Positions 22,048 through 35,165 are shown, numbered from the whole stretch's first letter. The stretch: 63,023 bases of DNA, filler included, from Reclinomonas americana ATCC 50394 (GCA_048213135.1; 25 parts of 25 records of this genome joined end to end with filler, not necessarily neighbours in it), one strand, 5' to 3'. A program made the numbers and translations. The notes: generated from the sequence alone by a model not told the origin.

Positions 22048-24315
22048 TCAGTATCCAAACTTTGCGTTCAGAGCTGTTCTCCCGTCGCCCCTCTGGCCAG
22101 TGGGAGCTACCCAAGCGGATTCGCTTGACGCCGTCTCGTCCTCGTCTTCACGCGTGTCGCCGACAACAGTTGTGTTGCCGGACATTTCCGCCAGGCGATG
22201 CAAGTCCACATCCACGTCACCCACAACGGACGCATCGATCACCAGCTGAGCATCCGGATCCAGCGACCGACGAACGTCTTCCAGCTGTCGGCGCCGGGCA
22301 GCCTGTTTCGCCAGGTGTTGAGCGTCGTCGGCTTCCGGGTCAGCTGTGCCTGTACCTCCCGTCATCCCTGCGCGTCGGTTCGTGGTCGGCGCTGCCGCAC
22401 GCTTCCGCCCGAGTGCTGGTGGCGGAGCCATGTCACCATCAAACACACTAAGTGCCGCATCGAGCAGCGCCTCGGCCTTCTTCTGCTGCGTGCGGGAAGC
22501 AGTGGACACGGCAGGCCTTCGAGCAGACGACGCTAGAGCGAGAGAGAGAGAGAGAGAGAGACGAAAGCAAAGAGTTAGCGACGCAGGAGCCTCCTCTGCG
22601 AGACAAAGTATGATGATGATGATGATGANNNNNNNNNNNNNNNNNNNNNNNNNNNNNNNNNNNNNNNNNNNNTTAATTAATTAANNNNNNNNNNNNNNNN
22701 NNNNNNNNNNNNNNNNNNNNNNNNNNNNCAGGCTTGAAGCACGATTCGTACAGGAAAGATTGCTGCGCAACTCTGGTTGTGCCTGTTGTGATTCTGGCAC
22801 CGCAGCAGGAGTTTCTTTCGTGATGTTACTACTTCTGACGTCAAACGAACAGCACGCAGTGAGCAACTCAGACTCACAAGGACAACAACTCTCGACTGCC
22901 ACGAAACGACGCCGATGGAACAGACGACACATGACTGTGCCTCGAGAGTCAAAGTAAGTGTCAGCTGGAAAACACAAAACAACACACCAAAAAAAAATGC
23001 ACCTTCCAGGAGCGCGCAAGGCGGGACGTGTCAACTCTGCAACGAGAGAATTCAGCAAATCACGGTCACTCGATGCGGGGGACTCAAGCAACAAATGACC
23101 GACCGACAAGGCGCTGAACAGAGGCCAGCTCGGTATCCACAGCCGTCAGTTGCGTTCGGAGTGTACCCTCATCGTCACGCTGTGTCGATACGCATGAATG
23201 ACGGACACACACGGGGAGAGAGAAGCTGGGTGATCAACAAAACCTTGATGCTGCTCTGTATCTCTTGCATGTACGCGTCAAGTTCGTCGTCGACAGGCGC
23301 TGACAGTCAAAAAGCGAGACCACTGTGAGAAGCAACTCGACCAACACATCAATGGAGGTGAACATACAGCGGACACACCGACGGCTGCTTCAGTGGCCGA
23401 CGAGGTCGCAGCTAGGAGCGCGCGTAGACGTGTCTGTTCAGCAAGCAGCTCGTCCATCCGTTTCGACAACGTCTCAAATGTCTCCACCGGAGCCGCCTCC
23501 GCCAGAGAACTCTTGTCTCCCCGTCGACGCTTTCCTGACAAGAAAAAACGCGGTTGGTGGCCATGAGAACCACACGGAGAGGAGTCGCGAGAGCGCAACG
23601 ACGTGCAGTGCGATCGTAGAATTCGTCCTCGTCCGAGTCGTCGGAATCGCGCCCACGTTTTCGCACCACTGGCCCGGTGTCTGCAGCCGCATCTCATGAG
23701 ACGAAGCACGTCACTTTGCGCTACTCATGCAAGCAGCAACTACGAACCCTCGGCCGCCTCGCTTTCCTTCTCTCCATGGCCTTCCTCGTCGCTGTCCGAG
23801 GGATACTCTGGACTCCAGTCACCCCCGTCCATGCCCCTGCGACTCACGTGAATCAGCAAGCAGTGGATCACGCAACCGTGAGGGCGATGGTCGTTGTGAT
23901 AGCCACGCACCACGAGCAACCCTCGCTGTCGTCTGCACGCGCAAATGCATGAGTCCCCACAGCTCGTCGCCGCGCTGACGCTGGTGGAGCAATGTTCTTG
24001 TAGAACTCCTTGTCGGGCCCGCCGCCAAGAACAAACATGCGGGTGGACTGGCCAAACGTGACAATGTCACCGGTGCGCACACGTGTGTACACTCTGCGCT
24101 CACGAGAAGAAGCACATTGAGGTAACAAGTCACGCCCATACGCATCGAGAAAGAGACGTACTTGGGCTTTACCGCCTTCCTGTTCCACGCACTGCCGTGC
24201 GTCGAGCCGCAGTCGTACAGGAACACCTCCCGAGTCGCACCGCGATGCTGAATGACTGCGTGTTGGCGCGACACAGAGGGATGCTCGAGAATAATGTCGC
24301 AGGAGCTGTGCCGGC
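22048..24315 (-). CDS. SLC4A1AP: Kanadaptin (FHA-domain protein), 5'-partial
   Basis: FHA domain GRHSSCDIILEHPSVSRQHAVIQH..DCGSTHG..GDIVTFGQSTRMFVL; DSDEDEFYDRT; C-terminus WVAPTGQRGDGRTALNAKFGY*. Confidence 0.9.
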
Positions 24316-24475
24316 CTGTGTCGCACCACAGCCGAGAGCGGTCAGCGAAAACGAGAAAAACACACACATGCATGCNNNNNNNNNNNNNNNNNNNNNNNNN
24401 NNNNNNNNNNNNNNNNNNNTTAATTAATTAANNNNNNNNNNNNNNNNNNNNNNNNNNNNNNNNNNNNNNNNNNNN

Positions 24476-25345
24476 CGGGCAAGCGGCGGCGAATCGCAGA
24501 CCGTGCTTCACGCGAAACTCGTTTGCAATCCGCGTTTCGCTGAGGAACACTCCACGAGTGTCCGGAAACGCTTGGCGAAGCATGGTGAGAAGGCGCTGAT
24601 CGTCCTGGTTCTGCAAGCAGCGATCGACACGAGTTGGCAACAGCAACCAGGAGTTAAGCAACGGGTTACAGACTGGCTAACCATCGGCAGCACCGCCGGT
24701 GGCTCACGCGGCGGCCATACCGACTGTCGATCGACCAGGCGAATGGAGCCACGAGCCTGGCGCACAGGCGTGAGCGAGGCTACATAAAACAACTCCAATC
24801 GCTCACTCATCAAGCAACCTCACCGATGGGGTGTGGCGACCGCGAGTTAGCAGCGGATCTGCAGCAGGCGGTGATGGGGAGACAGCCGACGTCATCGACG
24901 GCGCACTGTTCTCAGTCTTGGCCTGGGTCAGCGCCAGAAACTGTAAACAATGCACACACACACACACACAAAATGGGGAGACAGAGAGGGGGAAAGCGAG
25001 AGAAGAGTGAGCGAGAGCACAAAAGTGAGGGGGTGTGTGAGGTGGTGCATGTGCATGTGCACGAGGCAGGCGACTCGGTGAAAAAAGCGATTCATTCACG
25101 CTGCAGATGGCCAACGTGCATTTCTTCTTGCAACAGTAGCAACAACAAGCGGTGTCGCCGAGCACACACACACACGCAACTTGCTCAGGTGTCATCCACG
25201 AGGGGCGGACCATCGACTGCCCGCGACCTGCTCCATTGACCGCACCTGCAGCACTGCTACCGCCACGCCCGCCTCGACCAACATGGCCATGGCCGCCACG
25301 TCCACCATGGCCACCGCGTCCACCACGTGCACCTCGCCCGCGCAT
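24476..25345 (-). CDS. RGG-rich putative RNA-binding protein, 3'-partial
   Basis: MRGRGARGGRGGHGGRGG.. first exon, followed by three in-phase exons ending LLTMLRQAFPDTRGVFLSETRIANEFRVKHGLRF at the gap. Confidence 0.65.
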
Positions 25346-25973
25346 CGATAACAAATAAAATTCGGTCGGTCCGTTGAAACTCCGATCGCTGATCCAAAAC
25401 AATTACGCGAGGGGAAGCAGGATGTCTAATGTATAGCTCCCTGGACACTTCGATGTATATTCTCGTCGCCTGAAGCTGGTTGTATCATGGCTGGATCGAT
25501 CGCGATTGAACTCGAATTCGAACGAGTTGCTCGGTATTGCTTGCAAGTGTATCGCGACAACAACAACAACAACAACAACAACACAGCGATCCTCTGCTGG
25601 TCTGATTGACCCGGACCCGGCATAGCTTAGAACGACTGGCTTCGGCCTTTTCCGGTATACGATCGCAAAATTCGAAAACACTGATGGTGATCATCATGCA
25701 GCTGTGTAGCTGTTTATTAGTAAAGTTCCGAGAGCGAACACACACAACGAACCTACTGCTGCCTCAAGATTGGTGTCTGTGTTGATGTTTGGTGAATGAA
25801 TTTGCTGTTGTTTGTTGCTGTCGTTATTGCCGCCGCCGTCGCTCATTTCATTGTACCACAGTCAGCAACGCCCACCCCGTACAGCGCGCACAGCGTACAG
25901 TTGTCCCGCTGTTGTGACCATGACGACGTCAAGCAAAATAACACGTACATTCATCACCACCACACCACCAAAT

Positions 25974-26438
25974 TCACTGCGACGGGATGGACGACGCAGC
26001 GAAGTTCTCCTGCGCGATTTCTCGCAAATGTAGATCGTCCAAGTCGCACTCAACATTGTACTTGCGTCGCAGCTGCAGCCAGCAAATCCCGCACCAGTGA
26101 GTTCGATTGCACAAAACACACAGACAAAGATGTGCTCACCAAGTCCTCAAAATCCACCATCGTCCCCAAGAAGCGACCCGTGCAAGTGAGGATCAGAGGA
26201 CCGCCGCTGTTTGCCGCCTGGGTGACAGCCGACGCTGAGCTGCCGAGACCAGTGGCCGCGGTCAGCGCGGCCACTTCATCGGACCACTTGGACGGGTGCA
26301 CGGCTTTCATGTCGAACTTGATGGAGTCCATACCACGTGCCGCGAGAAGCGCAGCAATGCGCTCAAGCTGTCGTGCGTGGTTGCGCTTCAGTGTGGGGAC
26401 GCAACTCACCCTCTCTATCTCACTTTTTCTTTCATTTT

Positions 26439-26475
<37 letters not shown>

Positions 26476-26586
26476 CCCGCTACATACCTTGGCAAACTGG
26501 ATGCAGTTGGACTGGCCAACGACTGATATCCTGTGCGAGCCGTCAAGAAGCTTGCTCACACTCACAAGGTTGCTGTAACTGGCCAT
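25974..26586 (-). CDS. Small protein resembling the glutaredoxin-like N-terminal domain of MDH1B (complete, 3 exons)
   Basis: RISVVGQSNCIQFAK|LERIAALL..VHPSKWSDEV..GPLILTCTGRFLG..FEDL|LRRKYNV..LREIAQENF..SQ* parallels the MDH1B N-terminus as I recall it (VIAGRADCPYYAK..PEVW..LLLGG..F..YY..IAQEN). Confidence 0.72.
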
Positions 26587-26689
26587 ACGATAACGAGGGC
26601 GGTGATCGCACACAAAAACGACAGTTTATGTCCACCGTCTGCTCCACTCAACGGGCCCCGCATCGAATCGCTACGCACCTCACACGCGG

Positions 26690-26973
26690 ATGCTTCTGCG
26701 TCGGCTGTGGACTAGGTGGTCCACTCCCGTGGCCGCAGTCAATTCGGTATGCAGCAAGACTTGGCGTTTGCACTCTCTCTCTCTCTCTCTCTCTCCTCTG
26801 TGTGTGCCTCTGTGTGATGTTGTCCTTTTCTCGCCCATTCCTTCGCCGCCCCGACTCTGCCCACTTTTCTTCTCCCTTCCCACCCGCCACCACAGTGAGA
26901 GCAGTATATGCACCTTGCCAAGCAATTTCATGTGAATCGCAGACATTCGCTTCCTGTTGTCTCACTGCTTTTC

Positions 26974-27030
<57 letters not shown>

Positions 27031-28108
27031 TGACCTGCACACACACACACAGCTGCGTGCTGCAGCGCCGCGCGACACTGGGGTTGTCCCTTGCGCAGGT
27101 GCGCATGGCATGGCATGGTGCGGACGGCGTTCCCTGTCCACGCAGGCCACCGGCAACACCGGCGGCACCGCCGCAACCAGTGTGCCGCCGACGGGGCCCG
27201 CTGGTGCACCGGCTGCACGTGGTAACCCGTCCACTCCGCCTGGTGCATTTTTTTTTTATTTATTCGTGGTTTAATGCACCACCAGGGCTCCTGCTGATGT
27301 GTGACGTTTTTTTGTACCAGGGTTGCCGCCGCCTCGGCGCTCTCGCCGGCGAGTCGGAATGGTTCTGACCGCACTTGGAGGATCCATGATGGTTGGTTCT
27401 GCAGTGCTGTACTACAAGCTCCAGTCCGACGCTGGCTACGCCGATTCATTGCGACGGTCGTACCCGACATTGTTCGAGTGGATTGAGCGCGTGGTGCCGC
27501 TGGTGAGGGATGTCACCTATTCTTGTCCTTCCTCTCTCTCTCTCTCTCTCACATTCGGGCGCTGTTGTCATTCAGCCGCCGCCGCCGCCGCCGCCGCCAC
27601 TCCCACAGACTCCTCTGCCCCCACCACAGGCGCCAACTCGGACAGCACCGGCACCAGCACCTCCCTTGTCACTTCCATTGTCTGCACCGTCAGCAGCACC
27701 CGAGTCAGATGGCGTAGATCATTCTCATGCAGCAACATCGACCGAGTCCGTGAATGCCGCCGCTCCTGACATGCCCTTGCCGCTCCCTGTCGACGAGGCT
27801 TCGTCGCTCGCCACCGATGCTGACACTCCCGCCGCGAGTTCCTCAAGCGCACCTATCGATACGGATCATGCTCACGTCGAGGGGGACTCGGCGCTCTCTC
27901 CAGAAGACGCAGACACACGGCAGGTACCGGATGAAGGTTGGTTTGCTCTTGTTGTCCCCCCCCCTCCTCTCTCTCTCTCTCTNNNNNNNNNNNNNNNNNN
28001 NNNNNNNNNNNNNNNNNNNNNNNNNNTTAATTAATTAANNNNNNNNNNNNNNNNNNNNNNNNNNNNNNNNNNNNNNNNNNNNGTAGTGTGTCGTCTCTCT
28101 CCTCCCTC

Positions 28109-28177
<69 letters not shown>

Positions 28178-30292
28178 GGAATGCACTTGCTGACTGTAGC
28201 ATTCAAAGTCGGCACCGGTGGCGATACTGTGCCGACGATTGATTATGTGCCTGGTGAAGCTGCTGATGTTCCAGCGACTCCGGCGCCGGCCGAGCATGCA
28301 GTCGTTTCAGTTGCGTGCGAGTTTTGCGGCACGAGTGTACACAAATCGGCGGCATTTGTCTTATGCATTATTGGTGTTTGGTGTCTTCAGAGTCCTATCG
28401 ATGCAGATGCAGTGCTCCTCGAGAATCCCTCCGAGGCGGTAGCTGTTGCTGTGGATTCTGGGATGCAAGATGGTGCCGAGCATTCTGTCAGTCCGCAAGA
28501 GGCGAGTTGGATTTGTTCGGTCTGCGTGGGCACAATTTCGCGCTCACTGGTTGTAAGTGCGGGCCAGATGTCGGCCACCGAGCAAGCGCCGGGCAACGTT
28601 GACGCGCAGGAGGAGATGAAGGGTGCTGTAATTCAGCAGTCGGAGTTGCCTAGTAGCAGCGAGAAGGCCGTTGTCATCCCCGATGCTTCGCAAGCGCCGT
28701 TGGAAGGTGCTGCCAGATTGGCGAAGTCCTTGGCCTGCCAAAATCGTTTATTCACTCGTGCGTTGTAGTTGATGACGTCAACCGTGATCTACGGTCGCGG
28801 TTGGCTGCCGCTGAGCGCCGTGTTGCTGGACTTGTGCATGAACTTCGCGCCCTACAACGGTATCCAACGGAGGGGTGTTTTTTTGAGTTATAGTTCTTAC
28901 AGTTACGCTGGTGCGCAGGGCGGAGGGAGTCGTGTTGCAAGAAGCGCTCGCTGTCCAGCTGGAGCGGGACAACGAAGTATTCGGTGAGCTCATCGGGTTG
29001 CAAGAAGAGATCCACCAGCGTGAGCTTGCCGCGCTGGAGAAGCGTCTCACTGAGACACATGCGAGCGAGATGGAGACCCGGGCTAGGCAGTTGGAGGTTC
29101 TTCTCGCGCCTCGCTCACGCTCCCTGCTGCGCGCACTCTGAACCCGTGATTCTTTCATCACCGCAGCGGGAGAGCCTGGAGTCGCTGCAGATTGCGTTGA
29201 ATGCAGCACGCACTGAGTACGAGGTGCAGCTGAGGTCGCAGTTACTGGAGGTTGAGAAAAAGAGGGATGCAGCGCAGATGCACGCGCTTGAGAATCAGGA
29301 GAAATCGCTTCTTGATGCCTTCAATGACCACCGCGAGAAGTGGTGAGTTGGGCGGCACCAAACAGATGTCACATGAGCACTTACTCAAATGTTGTGCGCT
29401 TCTGGTAGGTTTGCCGATGTGGACATTCTGCGGTCACGAGTGGAGGCTCTGCGACAGATTATGCAGAAGCACAGCGAGTATGAGCGTCGGAGTAACTTGG
29501 TTTCGTCGTGTATTCGTATTTGTTGTGAACCTCTTTCTCTCTCTCGCCGATGATGACAAAACTTCTCTTCGCAGGTTCACAATGTTGCTGCGTCGATTGC
29601 CTCCCTGCAGCAAGTGATGGACTCGCCGCGTCCGTTCGGTCGCGAGCTGGCACATATTGAGCGCGTTGGCAAGGTGCTGTTCGCTTTCAGAGAAATGCTT
29701 CCAGTTTGATTTTCTCACTTTCAATGTGGTATCCGCCAAAGGACGACGTGATTCTGCAGGCCGCCGTCGAAGAAGTCCGGCGAGCAGGGTTTGTTGATTG
29801 TGGCATTCCCACTCTGCTCGAATTGCAGTCGCAGTTTGAGTCCACTGCGGAGCGTGCTCGACGTGCTCTGTACACACCACCGGATGCTGGATTCTGGGGA
29901 CATGCGTACGCCAATATTTTCAGCACGTTGATTCTTCCTCCGCGTGGTTTGTGGTGCATATTGCGTGGTGGCTCCACAACGCGTCCCTCACTGTCGTCCT
30001 TGCAGGCATCACAAACGGTGACAGCGTGGAGGCTCGTTTGGCAGCTGCGAGGTACTGGCTTGTCAAGGGCAACGTCGAGTTGACCATTCGCGAGCTTGAG
30101 CAAGTGCGAGCGGGCTCGACTGCTGCGGTGAGTTGTCTGAACAAGGAAGAACAAAAAAAAAACTCATGCTCAGCTACGTATCTGCAGGAACTTCGCGAGT
30201 TCATTGCACTCTGCCGGCGTCGCTTGAGCACAGTACTGGCTGTTGATGTCATACGTGCACATTCGCTGGTGATGCTGCGCTCTATGCAGTGA
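26690..30292 (+). CDS. IMMT: MICOS subunit Mic60 (mitofilin)
   Basis: Arg-rich presequence MLLRRLW..RRSLSTQA, one TM helix, coiled coil, GIPTLLELQSQF, and a mitofilin domain GFWGHAYANIFSTL..GDSVEARLAAARYWLVKGNVELTIRELEQ..CRRRL. Confidence 0.88.
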
Positions 30293-30499
30293 GTGCGTGT
30301 GTGTGTTTGTCCGTGCTCGCGATTCATCGAAATATACATCGAATGCGACGCCAACGCATCCACCATGNNNNNNNNNNNNNNNNNNNNNNNNNNNNNNNNN
30401 NNNNNNNNNNNTTAATTAATTAANNNNNNNNNNNNNNNNNNNNNNNNNNNNNNNNNNNNNNNNNNNNCCCGAATTGTGTATCTCACCACGGTGTTCCAG

Positions 30500-33400
30500 C
30501 CCCGCAAATTCGTCGTGTGACCCGACTGCCGCGGACGGTAGTTGCCGGTGCGATCCGGGCTATGGTGGCGCAAAGTGTGCTTGCCTCGAGGCGGCATGGT
30601 ACGTGGCGTAGTGCCTAATTTTGACGCATTGTCTACATGACTCGACCCGACTGTAACACTTTTTGATGACGCAGCCCGACAAACGCGACCTGCAATCCGA
30701 CGGCAAATGACGGATCTTGCATTTGCAAGTCTGGCTACGGAGGATTGAAGTGCACTTGTGTGCAAGATGCTTGGTGCGTGCAACTTCAGCTCATTGCTTC
30801 TCGTTGACGGTGTGCTCAACCCTAGCGATTTGCAGCGGCTACTCGAAGGGATGGGGAAGCTGTGATCCATCTCAGGTGAATTCGTGCATCTGCGAACCCG
30901 GTCATACGGGTCCATCGTGCGGATGCCTTGATGCCGAATGGTTGCGTCGATAGCAAGAAAGAATGCCGCTGATTATGCTATTCTAACGAAGCTTGTTCGG
31001 TTGCAGTGCGATCATCAACGACTCGCTCGAAGTGAAGGGCTCGATCTCTGCTCACTCGATAACAGTCGCGAACGGTAATTTGGTGAGCGGTAACGGGACC
31101 TTGGATCTCGGCAGCTCGGATGTCATCACCACCGGCAAGGTTACGGCGGCCACAGTTGTCGCGAACCGGGTGACAGCTACAACTGTGTCTGGTACTACGA
31201 TTACCGACGGATCAGCGCAAATTTCAGGTGGCGATTTGTCGACGACAGGAACGGTTGCAGCTAACGTACTCAGCGCAACGTCGTTGGTTACCAGCCAGGG
31301 TGGCGTTACGGCTCAGACAGTTACTGCGTCAGATTTGTATGTCAGCAACATTACGAATCCACTGGGGTCATCAATCGACTTTGGACGTGAGGACTTGACG
31401 ACCTCCGGCAAGATCTCCGCCGACGTTGTGTCTGGATTCAAGATTACCGACGGCGACATTGTGATCACTCAAGGAACGATTACGAATCCTAATGGCAAGG
31501 GAGTGGATTTCGTGACTGAAAACATCACGACAAGTGGTGTTGTTGCGGGTGGCACTGTTGCCGGTCGAACTCTCACGGACGGTACTATCGAAATTTCTCG
31601 TGGAAGCATCACCAACCCGTCTGGTCCGACCGTTGACTTTGGCGGCGAAGACTTGGTGACTCAGGGTTCCGTACGTGCCGCGACACTGTCGGCGTCGACG
31701 ATCACTGACGGCTCCATTCATATCACTGGTGGATCCATCACCAACTCAAACGGGTTGGCGATTGACTTTGGCCAGGAGAACTTGGTGACCGAAGGATCTG
31801 TGCTGGCGTCTGTTGTTTCAGCGGCCACGCTCACGGACGGAACGATTGAGATTTCTGCTGGGTCGATTACCAATCCGAGTGGGAACACCGTTGACTTTGG
31901 CGACGAAAATCTCACAACGACAGGTGTGCTGTCTGCAACTACGGTCGCAGTGGATTCGTTTATCAGTGGCAACGACATCGCGGCAGGCGGTACTGTTTCC
32001 GGCCGTGAACTCATTGCGACAGGAAAGTTGACGGTCGGTGACATCACTGACAGAGTGCTTACTATCACACCTGGACCGACAACCGAGATTTCGTTGGATG
32101 CTGTTAACGGAATTATTTCCTTTGGCGATGATAACATCTCCACCTCCGGCAACGTTTCGTCTGGTGGAGCGCTCACGGCTGTGACCGGATCATTCGCAAA
32201 CGGAGCGTTGGTTATTGGCGCGAGTGGCAATTTGGTTACTGTAGGCAGTGTGACCGGCGGTGTTGCTTCTTTCGGTAACATCAGCGGCGCGGATATCGTG
32301 GCTAGCAGCATGCTTACTGTTGGCGATACCACGGGCGACATGCTTACAATTGTTCCAGGACCTACTACTGAGATCTCACTCGATGCGGTTCAAGGTCTTA
32401 TCAGCTTCGGTGACGAATCGCTGTCAACCACGGGAAACCTGTCGGCGAACAGCATCACGGCAACTGGCAACGTCGTCGGCAGTTCTGTCACTCTTGCCGG
32501 AGGAGCAGCATCGATTGACGGCGCTGGCCATCTGACAGCAACAAGCGTAACCGCACCGACGGCGACGTTTGCGGATGGTTCTACTACAATCGACGCAAGC
32601 GGGAATATTAACACAGTCGGCGACGTGTCTGGTGACCAATTGTTTGCACGGGATTCCTTGACTGTTGGAAGCGTCGCCAATCGAGTGTTGCGAGTTATTC
32701 CTGGCCCGAGTATTACGGAGGTGTCCTTGGATGCGACCCACGGAACCATCTCATTCGGTGACGAAAATCTGACGACAAGCGGAACAGTCAGTGCAGCAGC
32801 TGTGAGTGGTAACTCGGGCTCGTTCAATACCCTGTCGCTGGCCGGAGGCCAGGCTCACGTTGATTCGTCGGGAAATGTGGTTTCCTCGGCCGACATCCGA
32901 GGAGGAAGTGTGACGGCAGATACATCTCTTACAGTCGGAAGCATCGCCCGTCGTATTCTGACCATCACGCCAGGAACGACCACCGAGATTTCAACGGATG
33001 CTGTGAATGGTACGATTTCTTTCGGAGACGAGAACATCACCACGTCCGGCGACATGACGGCGACTGTTGTCCGTGGCTCGAAACTTACTGATGGAACAAT
33101 CGAGATTTCTCAAGGAACCATCACGAATCCGTCCGGAACCACAGTGTCATTCGGCGCAGAGAATATTGTGACTACTGGCACAGTATCCGGTACATTCGTC
33201 TCAGCGTCGAAAACTCTCAGCCGCCACCGTTACTGACGGGATCATCGAAATCTCCGGTGGCAAGATTACGAACCCATCGGGAACTGCGATCGACTTTGGC
33301 GGTGAGAATCTTGAAACAACAGGTGACGTGAACTCAGGCTCCGTGACGACCGGCACTGTGACAGCGAACACGGTAGTGGGAGTCAACATTACGGACGGCA

Positions 33401-35165
33401 CGCTGCTCATCAGCGCTGGGTCTATCACGAATCCGACGGGAACTAACGTTCTCTTCGGCGGTGAGAATGTCGTCACGTCCGGCTCCGTCGTGGCTGCAAC
33501 ACTTACTGACGGTACTATTGAGGTGTCGGGCGGCCGTATTACGAATCCTCGTGGGCCGTCAGTTGATTTTGTATCCGAAAATTTGACGACTACTGGGCGT
33601 GTAGTCGCCGGCGTGCTGACAGACGGCACTCTGGAGATGGCCAACGGCTCGATCACGAATCCGACTGGCCTTGCCGTAGATTTTGGAGCTGAAAACCTCA
33701 CGACCACTGGCGAGATTGTGGCAAATGCCTTCAGTGATGGAATTCTTCGCATCAGCGACGGGTCAATCACCAACCCGACCGGGACCGAAATCGTATTCGG
33801 CAACGAAAACCTTTCAACGAACGGTTCGATTACAGGAGCGAGTCTCACTGCTGGCGGAGAGCTGCGGGCGAGGACTGCACGAGTCGGCACTGGAGCGACA
33901 ATTGATGACGCTGGAAACATTTCGACGACAACAAGCGTAACGTTGACCGGTTCGCGGAGTTCTCTCAGCATCGGCGCTGCACCGAATACAATCAGTATTG
34001 CTCATGATGGTACCAATGGTATCATCACAACTGGTGCGGGAAGTGTCTCCTTCGGCGACGAGAACGTGATGACGACGGGCGAGATGACGGCGACCGTGAT
34101 CAGTGGCACAACAGTGACAGACGGAACGTTGGTTATCTCTCGCGGCTCAATTACGAATCCGTTCGGTGCAGCCGTCGATTTCGGTGCCGAAAACCTGACG
34201 ACAACAGGCACAGTGCAGGCGACTAACATTTCTGCTAGTGCAACTGTTACTGCGAACACAGTTGTTGGCGTCGCCCTCACTGATGACTTCATCCGTATTT
34301 CTGGCGGCCAAATTACGAATCCGCGAAGTCCTGACGTGGATTTTGCTGACGAGAATATTGTCACGACCGGCCAGGTTCGCGCAACAACTGGCAACTTCAA
34401 CTCCGTTGAAGCTGTTTCCGTCACAGCCACAAGCATCAGTGACGGAACGTTGCTGATCTCCGGAGGAACTATCTCGAATCCTTCTGGCAGCAGTGTTGAT
34501 TTCGGCGTGGAAGACCTTGTGACGACAGGAAATGTTGTCGCAGAAGCACTTCAAGCAACAACGGTCTCAGCAACCACCGTCGTAGGCACGGCTTTGACAG
34601 ATGGACAGCTGCTTATCTCCGGCGGTTCTATTACAAACCCAACGGGCAGCATTGTGGACTTCGGATCAGAGAATTTGGTGACTGTTGGTACAATTACTGG
34701 TGACGCTGTAACTGCAGTAAGCGACTTGACTGTTGCCAACCTCGTTCTGTCGGGTAACCAAATTTCCAGCATCGATGGATCCGGAGTCAGTTTGGGAAAT
34801 GACAGCTTGACGACAGCTGGCAACGTCAACGCCGCGTCTGTTCACGCAGCTGATCTCGTCTCCACTGGCAATATCACAAGCGCCGGTAACGTGATTGCAG
34901 ACAACGTCACCGCGACAAATACAGTTGGCGCCGATGTGCTCAAGGCCATTACATCACTCTCGGCCGGCAATCTTCTCATTATCGGCAATCAGCTGACCAA
35001 CACCGTGGGAGACAGTATCGACCTTAACGGAGACAACTTGACCACGATGGGAACGGTAACTGCAAACAACCTAATTGCCGCCGCCGACGTTGTTGCTGCT
35101 GGTTCTGTAAACGCCAGCAACGTGAGCGCGGCAAACGATGTCTCAGGCAATGTCGTTCGTGCAAA
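30500..35165 (+). CDS. Large putative extracellular protein: at least 3 EGF-like repeats followed by a long Thr/Gly/Ser/Val fibre-like repeat region (partial at both ends; one frame break near 33210)
   Basis: Exons 30500-30598, 30675-30757 and 30826-30940 each encode an EGF-like unit (C..GSCxCxxGYGGxKC). Exon 31007-35165 has about 15 copies of TDGxxxISxGxITNPxGxxVDFGxENLxTTG and 4 copies of LTVG..LTIxPGxTTEISxDAxxGxISFGDE. Confidence 0.85.

Noticed and set aside
25590..25670. Partial resemblance to 5S rRNA (minus strand) and to a hammerhead core (CTGATTGA)
   Set aside because: Spacing and length do not fit 5S, and the hammerhead GAAA and stems are missing.
31371..34829. Long antisense ORFs over the fibre gene
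   Set aside because: Shadow frames of the repetitive + strand coding sequence.
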